Shown in pieces: positions 51,931 to 64,000 of a stretch of 64,000 nucleotides of DNA. The first letter of the stretch is position 1. Each line of letters opens with the position of its first letter. Origin of the DNA: Phoronis australis (lineage: Eukaryota > Animalia > Phoronida); NCBI GenBank assembly GCA_002633005.1, contig NMRA01000400.1:355421-419420 (forward strand), read 5' to 3'. The notes below the pieces were generated by a model. That model saw nothing but the letters and a program-made list of their open reading frames with translations, was not told where the DNA came from and did no database searches. Made by a program: the position numbers and the translations under genes.

Positions 51931-53535
51931 CCTCATATGTACAGCTCGTAAAAAGACTGTGTTCCTTGGATTCTGTGTCTGGCCTGCTTGTGTTTGGACC
52001 GATCATCCAGATAATTCACTGAATAATCGGTCAGTGTGATGGCATTGAAATGCAGGTAGGGCACATAATCCAAAAACAAGATGACCATTTTCTTCAGTGT
52101 ACATTGTTAATTTCTCAGTAACCATAACTCTGGGCATGGTGTAAGATATCTATCAAAATTATACTTTTTGTAATGTGCAGGGATGGAGGAGAGGTAATCT
52201 CCATACTCGAAGCACAGCTCGAAAACTGACCAAATGCATGCCACAATTCTTGTAAATTCACTTGAATTGTGCAGTGTGGATGGTCAGGCTTTGAGTCTGA
52301 GTTTGGAGATTACACCCTGGGCCCAAGTGATTGTCCATCAATGTCATTATTGAAATCAAATAGATGTTGGTATGCCGTGCGGTTACCGATGAATAAAAAT
52401 ATAAAATAGTCCACAGCACACCCTTGACAAGGAGTCCATCGCTCAAAACGTGAGGATATTTTAATATATTTTACTACCGACACTCGTCGTCGTTTTAGTT
52501 TAACTATTTCTACTATAATGTAATTATTGACTACAGAATGCACCTATATCTGGAGCACCACCTTTAGCATTTTCAAGCTACTTTTACTCTCAGGTTTTGC
52601 TAAAAGGTGCATAGGTGCACGTATTTCAGATGTAGGTGCAGCTTCACACATATGGTTGAAGAATAACAAAACACATATCAAATATTTTGAGAACTGACAT
52701 TTTTATTGAGTTTTTACTCATTCAACATAGTTTGTTGTTGGTTTGCTTTCAAAGCAATCTTGTACAGTGTTGTTGGAACACTATCTTCAAAAGTTCTACT
52801 TTTATGTGTTTTTGAAATAAAAAATATTTAAGTGAAAGTGCAATTTAGAATACTTGCATGATTGTTAAGACTTGTGCGCATATCTGAAATTGTACATGTA
52901 TGTTAACTTTCAAACAAAATTTGGTTTCAAGACTATTTTGCATACAAACCCATGGGCATCTTTTTCACTTTTGAGCACAAAACGCAAGGACGTCTACATG
53001 CATGTCTTATTTTGAGTGTTTACTCTCTGTCTTTTGATCATTCTTTTCACTTCCATTCAGTTCTTGTAATTAAGAATTGAGTACATGTCAACATCTATCA
53101 TTTTGTAGGACAGGCATACAATCCTTTCCATATTTTTAAACTCTGACAACGGTTTTTATTTTTAATTTGCTTGGTTGTAGGTGGGTTGTTTTTGGATGCT
53201 GTTATGGCAGGAAATGGCATGGACATAATGATCAGAGTACAGGGAAGAGATCTGGTAGTACTCGAAGTCAAATGCCATCGTTCTTTCTACAAAAGCTTAA
53301 CAAGACTACTGACAAAACAGAAATCTAACGATAGTGAAATTTTCACAGATGCACTTCAAGAGTTTTGCTTTGAAGTTGTGGAGCAACGAATAATCTTGCA
53401 TGGGGAAATATTGAATTTGATTCTGTTAAAGTCACTCCTCGAGGAAACTTAATCCAAAAGAGGTTGTAATGTAAGTGCTCGAACTAGACATCTGAAATTG
53501 AAATTACAGAGAATTTACCCTTTGCTACAATTCAT

Positions 53536-55055
53536 CCCTGACGAAAAATTCCAATAGGATTTCCTATTGGATTCCTATAGGAAATCCTATAGGATCCAAT
53601 TGGATTTTGGCCCACCAGCCTATAGGATTCCAATAGGATCCTATTGGATTTCCTATTGGATCCTACAGGAATCCTATAGGATTTCCTATTGGATCCTATA
53701 GGAAATCCTAGGAATCCTATAGGATTATATATGAATCCTTTAGGCTGGTGGGCCAAAATCCAATTGGATTCTATAGGAATCCTATAGGAATCCTATACAA
53801 AATCCTATAGGATTTCCTATTGGATCCCATACGAAACCCTATAGCCTCCAATAGGAATCCAAGTGGATTTTGGCCCAATATCCTATAGGAATCCTATAGG
53901 ATCCTATAAGAAATGCTATAGGAATCCTATAGGATTTCTTATAGGAAATCGTATTGGAATTCCTATAGAATTTTTTTTATAATATTTCCTATTGGATCCT
54001 ATAGGATTTCCTATAGGAATCCTATAGGATTTCCTATAGGAATCCTATAGCATTTCCTATTTGATTTTTATAAGATTTCCTATAGGATTTTATAGGATTT
54101 CCTATGCGAATTTTCTCTAGGATTTTCTACTGAATCCTATAGGATTTCCTATATGAATACTACAGGATTTGCTATACGAATTCTATAGGAGTTGCTTTAG
54201 GAATACTATACGATTCACTAGTGGATCCTATACGATTTCCTATAGGATTTTATAGGATTTCCTATAGGAAATCCTATAGGAATTTTTACAAGATCTCCTA
54301 TTGGATCCCATAGGAATCCTATAGGAATTTTCTATAAGATTTCCTATTGGATCCTATGGGATTTCCTACAGGAATCCTATAGAATTTTTATAGGAAATTC
54401 TATAGGAACCCATGGGACTCCCGATTGGATCCTATAGAATTTTTATAGGAAATTCTATAGGAACCCATGGGACTCCCGATTGGATCCTATAGGATTTCCT
54501 ATAAGAAATCCTATAGGATTTGGTATAGGAACCCTATGGGATCCGATAGCGTTTCCCATTGGATCGTATAGGTAATCCTATAGAATTTCCTACAGGAATC
54601 CTCTAGGGTTTCTATAGGAATCGTATAGGATTTGTTGTTGGATCCTATATGATTTCCTATTGGATCCTAAAAGAAATCCAACAGGATCCTATAAGATTTC
54701 CTAAAGCATCCAATAGGAAAGCCTATAGAAATCCTTTAGGATCACCTATGAGAAACCCTAAAGGGATTCTTATAAGACTCGAATATATCTAGCAGGCAGT
54801 TCAATAGGATTCTATATGAAGTTCAGCAGGATTCTATGAAGCAATTAACATAAATGCATTAAGACTCGCCTGAGTATTAAAATTGACAAAATTTAATGAA
54901 ACAGAAGAGCTGAAGTTAGATAAAAAGAAATCGATATCTTACTATATACGCTATTTGTTTGTTAAAATGCTTAGAAATCAGATTTGTGATTAAATTAAAT
55001 TCCTGTAGGATTTTTTCAATAGGATTGCCTATAGGATATCTTGATCCTACCAGGC
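53536..55055. repeat. Dense array of ~10-11-bp units built on the palindrome (T)CCTATAGG(A); probable foldback or CACTA-like non-autonomous element
   Basis: Dozens of atcctatagga/ttcctattgga variants over 53545-54780 and a few more at ~55000-55050. Begins ccctg; possible right end ...ccaggc. Confidence 0.8.
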
Positions 55056-57514
55056 TAGTAACTGGTCCAGTGAGCCTGGTGATTTGTGAATTATTTTTCT
55101 ATTTTCATATTTACATCTCTAGTAATGGCTTTTTATCTTGTTAATTTCTCACCATTTTGTACTTCATCCAATTGCATTTGTTGCTATTCTATACTTTTTA
55201 TCGTCATTTTTTGAAACATTGTATGCTTTGGACTTGCAGCAGTGATTGTTTTTGTATAAAAGATTAGTAAATGTGTGATAAAATAAAAGTGAGTCATTGA
55301 AAGTTTGATAATTATAGTTTCACCAATAGCAAAAACAGCATAACACTATGAATGGTAGTTCCATATTTCGCCATCAGGTGGCACCCATAAATTCATATTT
55401 CTTCCGTAATTCTACGTTTTAATTGAAATTTATAACAAAGTTTGTGTTTATTATGACTTAATACAGCTTGTAGGAATATTATCTGCAGCATCATCCTTTA
55501 TGGACACTTAATTTTCTTCTTTCTAACTTTTTAATTCCCTGTAAAATTTGCTGAATCGGCACAATTTTAACATCAAATTTCACAAAAATGTGCAAGTTTA
55601 AACGTGGGAAATTTTTTGATTCATAAAGTACAATGATTTGTGACATCCAAAACACCTGAATTAAATTGCCCCCCTAAAATGGTCACAGAAGTGGTTTTTT
55701 TAGGCCTCCTGTGGCCTACGGCCCATGGCCTATTAGACCATGATGTCATGTGGCAAAATTCACTTGCAATTCGCACTTGCTGTGTATCGAATAAAATTAT
55801 TGCGAAATTAGTGAAAATAATTTACCTGTGTCGAAAACGTGGTTCGTGTGATGCTGCTGACCCATCAAATTAGCAACCGCAACAAGTTCGGGTCTGTAAT
55901 TCCAGGACAAGCAACCAAGTCCTCTAACCATTTCAGATTGACCAAAGCGGTTCCTTCAATTGTGTTTATGAGAAGCCTACCCAGCACGTACAACTTTATT
56001 TCCTTTCCGTAGACTCTTAAGCACTTTCTCACCTGTTTTGAACATAATTTTTAGGTTATAGACGACCTCTTTGAATAAACGTTTTGAAGGTGATATTCAG
56101 GATATAGGCGTAGACCTATCTTGACATTATTGCAACCATTCAAGTATCTTATGACGAAAAACTTCATAACTGAACATTACAGGTTTATTGCGGGTGTGGC
56201 AATCCCTGAAGGCGCTGTCAGTAATACATGTACAACGTAGTGTTAAATGATTTACACCGGCCTAATCACGAGGACAATACATGTAATTGTACCATGCACC
56301 TCTATAAAGAAATCCTGTCTGCGTATATAAGAAACATTTGAGTAACCATTTTTGTTCGATAAAACTCAAAGTTTCGGATTTAGGCTTATGAGCCTAAATG
56401 CAAGCCTTGACAGTATATACAGAGTAAGTGAAATATGCAACTTTTTTCTGTAAGATTAGAAATGTGCACTTATTTCACTATTCGACCATGCTGTATTTTC
56501 TTTAAATTCATTAAAACTTCCCAGGTCGCAATACCCTGAAAATCCGTACGTGTATTATACATGAATGCATTGCGCAATTAGCGGTTGTTTCCTTCTTCTA
56601 AGTGTTTGCTTTGTAGTTCGTGTCGTGTTGTCACATAATGTCCAAAAATTCTAAAACTCTCAAGAACGAGTGCACCAAGGCTGAAATATTACATACTAAA
56701 ATGTATGTTCGCTAGGTGACCGAAAACTGAGATGTGGCACATTTTAATGGAAAATGCGAGATAAGAAATAAAATGATGATTTCTATTGTTTGTCTTTCTT
56801 TATCTCCTATTTTATCAGCATTGCGTCGAAATTATTTTATTTAAATTTGTTGTGTCAAATGATGCAAAAGATCAGCCTAGGACGAACACTGCTTCCACAT
56901 TTTGGCGGGCAGTATCAGGGTCATTTGGAATAACAAAGAATGCACATCATACTCTGTGTCACCATGTCGAATGAGGCACCACGCGGCGTTATCTTTCAGA
57001 AACTCTAGTATGGACTGAAATTTGTTGACCTTTGGCATTTTTCCGCAGTCCTCGTCATTGCATGTATCGGGGATATTTTGGCAGACGACTTCATCTTGTA
57101 CAGGCCATTTGGGATAGCGAGATAGGAAATAAACTTGATTTGGAGACAAGTAGTGCCAGAAAAGTTCACAAGTGTCGATGCTAGTTTGTAAAACTAATAA
57201 ATATCATTGATTGCTGTTGATATCAATTTTATCTAATTGCAGTTTAGAGTATTTTAAAAAAGCGTTGTGTGCTTAATTAACAGACTCAATTTCGAAAAAT
57301 CTTTCCACGCTGGAGTCTCAACCGAAAAAAGCGCAGTATTAGTCTGTCATGCAGTGAACAATGGATACTATCCATTTTCAGTTTCAACAAAGTATTTGTA
57401 AGATAATAGGTCAGCTGGTTCGAAGTGAGAAACATTAATAAAAAATAGGAACTCCAACAATCTGAATCTAGTGTTAAACAAACTGTTTAATACACAACAA
57501 GCTCTTACAAACAC

Positions 57515-58335
57515 TACTCTGGTGGCAGGTGGTTTCCTTGGAGTTTTTGCTTTGTAAAATGACCTTTTAGGCATGTGTATGGTTGGTACGCTACCTTCTT
57601 TCAATTTCAAAGAGATCCCCAGAGTGAGTGCTTCATCTCCTTTCGTTGAGAAAATATACAAGGTCAACTTTGTAAGCGTAATACAAAACGCAAGCCAATC
57701 AACACTCCTCACCAGTTGAAATAGGGTCTTACCACTACATAGTGCTAGTGGACAATGGCCGTGATAATGGAGACAAAGGTACTTCTAATGAAGAACTCTT
57801 TAGTATGTTAACGCCATTGACGGATATTTATGGTTTCCTCAAGAGTATGGACCAACCTGATTGTTATTGGGTCCTTCTAGCATAATGAGATGGCCTGATT
57901 TACAGCATGGAAACCTACTGTCAACCCACCTTCGCCGAAAAAAATGAATTGTGAGGTTTTTCAAATTCCAATTACCTGTAGTTTTGTGTAAGGGAGAATC
58001 TGAGACCTCTTCAATTTGGTTTGTAAACAAAGCCAAAAGTTTTTAAGAAGGTGGGTTTATAACAAATTACAAATAAGCTAAATTTATGAAGAAAACAATA
58101 TAATGACTTTGTTTATGTTTTAATGCTTACTTGTGGTTTCGAAACAAAACTCCTCAAAGTGTCGTGAACATATCATAGCATTTCCTCGGTTGAACGATGT
58201 ATCAGACCTGTTGATAGTTTTGATCAAATCTTTTCCCCATTGTTGGTTATGTCTAGTATTTATTTTGAAGAATATCAATCGTCTATTAGACTTCTTGTTG
58301 GCTGTGCATCCTACGACAGCGCAGCTTGTTTTCAT
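57515..58335 (-). CDS. Spliced THAP zinc-finger gene or transposon gene (exon 58131-58335 plus an exon starting at 57639)
   Basis: Exon 1: MKTSCAVVGCTAN...FFK...W...INR...ICSRHFEE. Phase-1 GTAAGC donor at 58130 and aag acceptor at 57640 join in frame to DEAL...LKLKEGSVPTIHMP (THAP AVPTIF-box equivalent). The 3' end of exon 2 is uncertain. Confidence 0.75.
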
Positions 58336-58398
58336 ATTGTATACATGTACTCACTGAAGACAAAGAAAGAAATGGACGTTAAGTCAAAAGTGCAACAT

Positions 58399-59394
58399 CA
58401 GTGGCGCATCTACGTTTTCAGTAGGAGGGGGGGGGGTAGGATTCCAGCGAATCTGAGGCGCGTATCGCCGAGCGGAGGGAAGGTCGGGAACTCCCGCGTA
58501 AGATTTCCTGTGATTTTTAGTAGCAGATCTCGTTTTTGATCCTAGTCATGTTTTTCCCCCTGTGTGGGTGGGCGCAGGTTGTTACAGACCGGTGTTAATA
58601 GCTTTCGGTGCGACGATTAACTGAATACTGGTTCGAGTTAATCCTTTATTAATCCCGACCGTACATTCACAAGCCTACTCAAACAAAACGTCCGAGGTAA
58701 TGTCTGTTTATGCTCTAGCCAGTGCTGCGAAGCCTTGACTTGTGATGATCTTCTGAGACACGTTCAGCAACTGTTACACTCGTTGATAACCTGCTGTCTC
58801 TATAGCTGGCTCTCTATTGACTATCGCTGTAACTGCTGGTTCTCATCACTGCAACTCAACTGTAGGTCTCCTGATTAACTTTCTTGAACTGACTTGATCT
58901 TCTCGTGAACTGACTTGATCTTCTCGTGAACTGACTTGATCTCCTCTTAAACTAACTTGATCTGACTAACACAAACCCGTGCTTGTGTATATATAGCCTA
59001 ATGCATTGTTCTGTAACTTTACATCAATTCAAGCACATTCTAGAACTTTCCTGAATCTACCCAATCATTCTACAAACATATACTAGTCTCCAGAATATTC
59101 CAGACTGCATTAATCACTGTCATGCTAGAGTCTTCTAGAAAGTTCCACACTATACTGTAGTAAACAAATTACATCATCACTGTTCTGACCTCAGTCTTCT
59201 AGATAGTTCCATACTACATGTATTCTGTAGTAAACAAATTACATCATCAATGTACATGTACTTAACTCAGGGGTCATGCCAATCAAACAGAATAACAAAA
59301 CAAAACAAAACAATACAACTAATAATACTGTCAGACTATATTCTGACAATCCTGTCCCAAGGGGGGGTATGAACCCCATGTAAATCCGCTTCTG
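58399..59394. mobile_element. hAT-like MITE (~190 bp net) interrupted by a solo LTR
   Basis: Left cagtggcgcatctac plus G-run; right G-run plus gtaaatccgcttctg. Same terminal style as 8889-9907; TSD not clear. Confidence 0.6.
58544..59348 (-). mobile_element. Solo LTR (805 bp) with 5-bp TSD atcct
   Basis: Ends (a>t)gtca...tgaca; atcct at 58539-58543 and 59349-59353; on the minus strand a TATA-like tatatata (~58990) and AATAAA (~58645); internal 21-bp repeat tgaactgacttgatcttctcg; second partial copy at 51438. Confidence 0.82.
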
Positions 59395-59679
59395 GCATGT
59401 CTACTTTCATAACCATTAATAGATTTAAGAAAAGCTGTGTTAGAATAAACTTCTGTCCTGCCGCAAGCAAAATGAAACAGCAACAGCGTGAAGCATCGAG
59501 TTCAGGAACTAGAACTGGTAGCTTATGGGGGGTCAGACACCAGACCGCGGCGGAATCATAATTTTTTTTAGTCCACCGATAGGTTTTCTTAACATAAGAC
59601 CCACATCCAGCCCTGTAATTCAAGCCGCCTGTGCGGACGGCACACGCAATCGCACTTTGCCCAATTCTCCGAGGCAACA

Positions 59680-59722
59680 AATTGGTCCCCCCTCCTCTTA
59701 TGATATCCCAGATCCGCCACTG
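59680..59722. mobile_element. Terminus of another hAT-like MITE of the 8889 family
   Basis: Reverse complement cagtggcggatctgggatatcataagaggagggggg closely matches cagtggcggatctaggatatcacaagggggggg at 8889. Confidence 0.6.
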
Positions 59723-60490
59723 TTTTATCTCGAAATTCGTTTCGCTAGGAACAAATGTAGTGTATTCAGGAGTATATATCGACATGCCGCGCACTCTGGT
59801 GGTACCTACATGTACGTTCACCCCAGAGTGTGCCGACTCGTTGGGATATATTTCTACTCAATTACGAGGTCTGATGCGCAAGTCAGTCGCACAGAATTAA
59901 TATGTTGTTACTGTGCCCCTTTTTTCATAGTTTTTAATCACAAAAATAGCTCGTTAGCAAGCAGTGCAAATACACATTTTTAATGTCTACTGTGACATAA
60001 GTACAGAAAGAGGGCTTTGTTGTTTTACTACAAAAGGAAAATTTGGAGTAGGCCTGCACATTAAGAAATGAGTTTTTAAAAGCAGTATGAGTTTCGATAA
60101 AGAATATATTGTTCAGTTAAATGTACCGATTTGGACGACTGACAAGTAAATTAGAATATACAGATATTTTTCAATAAAGGCATACATAAGATAGTCATTG
60201 AATGCCATATTTATATTTATATTTACATTTGTACAATTAACAAACAGTTTCATCAGTGGATAACAGCATGTGCATGGTCAATAATTTTTTAACTGATTAT
60301 ATGATCTCAATCAACAAGACTGAGGAGGAAACAACTCAACTCTTTCACTGCGCCGCATGAAGTCAGTGGCACAAGATCCGCTCTCGGCTAGGTTTTTAGA
60401 TTCACCCACACAGTTTCAGTCGTAGTGCAACCATGCATTATTTCAACCCCTTCAGGATTAAAAAAAAATATTTTTAACAAAACAGCAAAT

Positions 60491-60686
60491 CGGTCTACGT
60501 CACAGAAATCTGATAGCCAACAAACACAAAAAACAACTGTCAGACGTTTTGTTGAAGACCCATAGACTGCGAATAAAAAGTAACTAAAAGGACAAGTCGG
60601 TCTACATCACAGACATCTAACCATCAATAAACACAATAACAACTGTCAGACGTTTTGCTCTAGTCCCATAAGCTTTCAATAAAAAG
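60491..60686. repeat. Two diverged tandem copies, ~107-bp period
   Basis: cggtctac(g/a)tcacaga...aacaactgtcagacgttttg...aataaaaag at 60491 and 60598. Confidence 0.75.
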
Positions 60687-61059
60687 GAACGGTGATTTCT
60701 ATTACCAGATCTTCTAACACGGAGCGGCTGTCGGATGCAACAGTCGTAAAACCGGACGTTTTCTATCCTGCGTGAGCAGCGCCCTCTCATCGTTAGTGCT
60801 TATGTCTCTTGGTTCGGGACATGCTCAACGCCCTCTAACGGGAGTTGGCAGTCCCTATCTATAGCAGAAACGTCTAGCGGGTGTGTGTGCGAAGAAACGA
60901 GTATGGTTGATATTCGTGGTCAGTGGTCACAGACAAGATATTTTATCTGATCATGTAGTTCATATACATTTCCCATAGTTAATACTTCTGAGGGTAGTGC
61001 TGTGTCAAGTAACTTCAAAACAAGATGTGGCGGCTGCAGTTCCTAAAAAGAGGATCAGA

Positions 61060-62660
61060 GGAGCTGCTATCCGACCTATAATGCCCTATGCTTCGTCGAT
61101 ATGGGTAACGGCATTAAAACAGATTACAATTATCAACAAACTTAGGCAGCTGCAACGTCTAGCTTGTTTGTGCATAACCTCTGCCTTTCCAGGAACGCCT
61201 TCTGCAGCCCTAGAAATGCTAAGCGGTCTACCACCACTGAGCATATACCTTGAGGGTGAAGCTGCATGTGCTGCACTTCGTCTCAAATATAATGGTCAGT
61301 GGGTGAAAACTAACATTCCTGACTCCGTTGCACACAGAAGCCACAGGAATGTTTGCAATAAGCTAATGGCCACGACTGGGCAACTATGGAACATGCCTAG
61401 TGATGTCCAGGTCACAACTTTAAATCATACAAACAATTTCTTCACGGAAATTGGCGATGGATGGCCTACCGCAGAACACAAGAATGAGGTGGTTTGTTAT
61501 ACGGACGGCTCTAAACTGGAAAATGGCCAGACAGGTGCTGGGGTCTACTTTCCAAGCCTTCCTGTTGCAGATGCAGAAAACTGGGTATCGTTGGGCAATC
61601 TTGCCACGGTGTTTCAGGCTGAGATCACTGCAATTAATAGAGCTGCTCAATTGGCACAACAATATAACACTGAACTTGGCAATCGGCCAATTATCATCTT
61701 TTCAGATAGCCAGGCAGCAATAAAAGCCCTAAAGAAACTAAGGGTCAACTCTCGTTGTGTTAATGCTTGTATTAATGAGCTTAACAAGCTTGCAATTGAA
61801 AGAACCGTCAATATACGCTGGGTCAGGGCCCATGTGGGAATTGATGGCAATGAGAATGCAGACAGACTCGCAAANGCAGCAATAAAAGCCCTAAAGAAAC
61901 TAAGGGTCAACTCTCGTTGTGTTAATGCTTGTATTAATGAGCTTAACAAGCTAGCAATTGAAAGAACCGTCAATATACGCTGGGTCAGGGCCCATGTGGG
62001 AATTGATGGCAATGAGAATGCAGACAGACTCGCAAAGATAGGAGCAAGCGTTCTGCATTTTGTGCCTGAACCTCCTATCCCGGTATCTTACGGATGTTGC
62101 AGGATGAGTATACGCAACTGGGTACATACCCAGTCAGCAGCCCAGTGGGTATCACTTAACTCCTGCAGAGAGACCAAGGAGAATTTTCCCAACGTGATCG
62201 AAGCAAAAGGTTCAAAAAGCCTTCTGAGTCTAGATAGATTGGGTATAAGACACGTCATTCAAATTTTGACGGGCCACTGCAACCTAGCCCGACACAGAGA
62301 CATTACTGGGCATACGGGGAGCCCTGTGTGTCCCGAGTGTGGTACTGACGTAGAATCTCCTAAACACCTGGTAGAGTCTTGCCCAGCTTTTTATAGGCTA
62401 AGGAGCAACCTACATTGTACTGGATGGCATTGTTACATGCCTACAACATATAGTGCATGGCAACAAATGGAAACGTCTGTCCGTTTTCCTAAAGGAGACT
62501 GGCAGACTTGAAAACTTTCTTCACGAGGAGCCATAATTGGTGTCTCGTGCCTTTGCTCAGGTGTTTTGTGCAATGGGCCCAACCATGAGGCCTGCTCACG
62601 TCTGATGCACCGCAAATGACATCAGACCACCTGCACTGTTTTGTTTTTGTTTTTGTTTTT
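61060..62660 (+). mobile_element. 5'-truncated RNase H-containing LINE (I-group, LOA/R1-like)
   Basis: AAIRPIMPYASSIW..LQRLACLCITSAFPGTPSAALE; RNase H YTDGSK..GAG..TVFQAEI..IFSDSQAA..WVRAHVGIDGNENADRLAK; LTGHC..CPECG..ESPKHLVESCPA knuckle; GC-rich 3' UTR then a (ttttg)n tract. Confidence 0.88.
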
Positions 62661-63263
62661 TTTAGCTTTTTGCGCTGCAGCAACAGTCAGTTGAAAAATC
62701 GTGACTTGCACGTATCCCCAGTGGCAATGTTAAAGACAGGTGAGATACACGAGTGATACAAAGAATTATTTTTGTGAAAATGCTGCCAGTCAACCATTGA
62801 TGTTGGCAGAGTGATTTGACCTTTAAGCTTCAAGGTTTTATTTGATTACTCAAAGCAAAATTGTGGTAATCAGATACATGGCCGGGATGATGGGTACTTG
62901 ATTTTAGAGCCAGTTAGACCCAATGAATTACGCCCGTTATTCAGTGATAATAATTGGTTCTCGAATGAATTTTGAGTCAGGGACACATCTATCAAACTAT
63001 AACCGAAATTGTCCTGCATGTGTTTCGTGACTTAGGGCCTGCCGATAACTTTTGTTTCTATTCTATGATTGGATCTAAACTGCAATTTCTTTCATTTCTT
63101 CAATTCACTTCAGCGTGTATACATTCAGATCCAAGAGATACCTGATGATAAACAGCAAATGTGAAGACCTGCTAAAGAGAAATGTTGGGATGTTAACTTA
63201 GTCCAGTAGACTAGTATGGGTTTAGGTCTTTACTGTGATGGGCCTTCATTGTACTTTGAAGGA

Positions 63264-63265
<2 letters not shown>

Positions 63266-63317
<52 letters not shown>
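63266..63317. repeat. (TA)n microsatellite
   Basis: Pure TA run of about 26 units. Confidence 0.97.
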
Positions 63318-63318
<1 letters not shown>

Positions 63319-64000
63319 TAATTTTCCATTTTATTTTAAAACAAGTTTGTGTGTTGAAAGCTTACATAATTAATTGTTAATTAGTTGATATTAACACCTG
63401 GAATATTTGGGGAAGGAAGCTATCTCTGCCCCCAACCTTTCAAATGGTTGAGAGGCACCCCCCTGCTCCTATCTCTTCTTCAGCAGATCCATTTGATGTT
63501 TATTACATTCCCTACCCCCCTGGACAAAATCCTACAGGTTCGATACCTGCCCATTCTCCAATAACCTACTTTCATCTGCTCAGCTCTTATTACTGAGCCT
63601 CCCTCTTGCTTATGATGTATTACTCGTAATTTATATTACCTTTGCTGCCCAATTTTTTTCTTTGTTTACTCTATATTTTGCCTATGTGTATTTTCCAAGA
63701 CAATGCTCGTGTTTTTTGTTTTCAGTATTTTAAACAAAGACACCTCACTGACAATTTTGAATTTGACAAACTAAGATCGGCCATAGTCAATGCCTTGCGT
63801 ACTTCGTCGGCCCACACACACCCGGTAGGTGTCGCCACGGTCCATGACATAATAATGGTGGTGGCCTTGGTGAATAGTCTTGTTAACGTCTTTGTCTATA
63901 GTCTCTGGTGCCACCTCAAATCTATCAGCACAATCAAGGAGTGTACGAGTATAGGAGAGTTCACTCCGCCATTTTACCATTCGCCGCAATGGTTACCGGT

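Noticed and set aside
53532-53756. PIG/SYR-repeat ORF
   Set aside because: Translation of the CCTATAGG repeat array.
60775-60840. CTCF-like gcgccctct motifs (also near 33768 and 44891)
   Set aside because: Short, partial matches that cannot be distinguished from chance or transposon-derived sequence without ChIP data.
63771-63989. 72-aa minus-strand ORF at the window edge
   Set aside because: Preceded by an in-frame stop, no recognisable domain, and it cannot be assessed without the adjacent sequence.

Overview
AT-rich (animal, probably marine invertebrate) nuclear DNA that is gene-poor and full of transposons. The first 13.5 kb appears to be intron 1 of a minus-strand SLC2A13/HMIT-like sugar/inositol transporter; only exon 1 (13571-13979) was found. 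Next come an intact intronless RING-Bbox-Bbox-coiled-coil-NHL (TRIM-NHL) gene (18171-20126) and a decayed paralogue (30377-32210) truncated by an L1/Tx1-like LINE. Between them is a full-length DIRS1-type tyrosine-recombinase retrotransposon (21307-26618) with gag, RT, RNase H, adenine-methyltransferase-like and YR domains. Its termini and internal complementary region match perfectly, yet it carries an inverted gag segment, a MITE inside RT and several frameshifts. Also present: a degenerate CUB-like multi-module remnant, two THAP-domain sequences (one spliced), a partly duplicated Academ-type DNA transposon, CR1-like and LOA/R1-like LINE fragments, a solo LTR nested in a MITE, several MITE families (one with 5-bp TSDs), a local duplication that provides an empty-site control, and a palindromic CCTATAGG array. 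All calls were made by eye and no database searches were run. I found no convincing wholly new biological system; the most unusual object is the rearranged but terminally pristine DIRS element.
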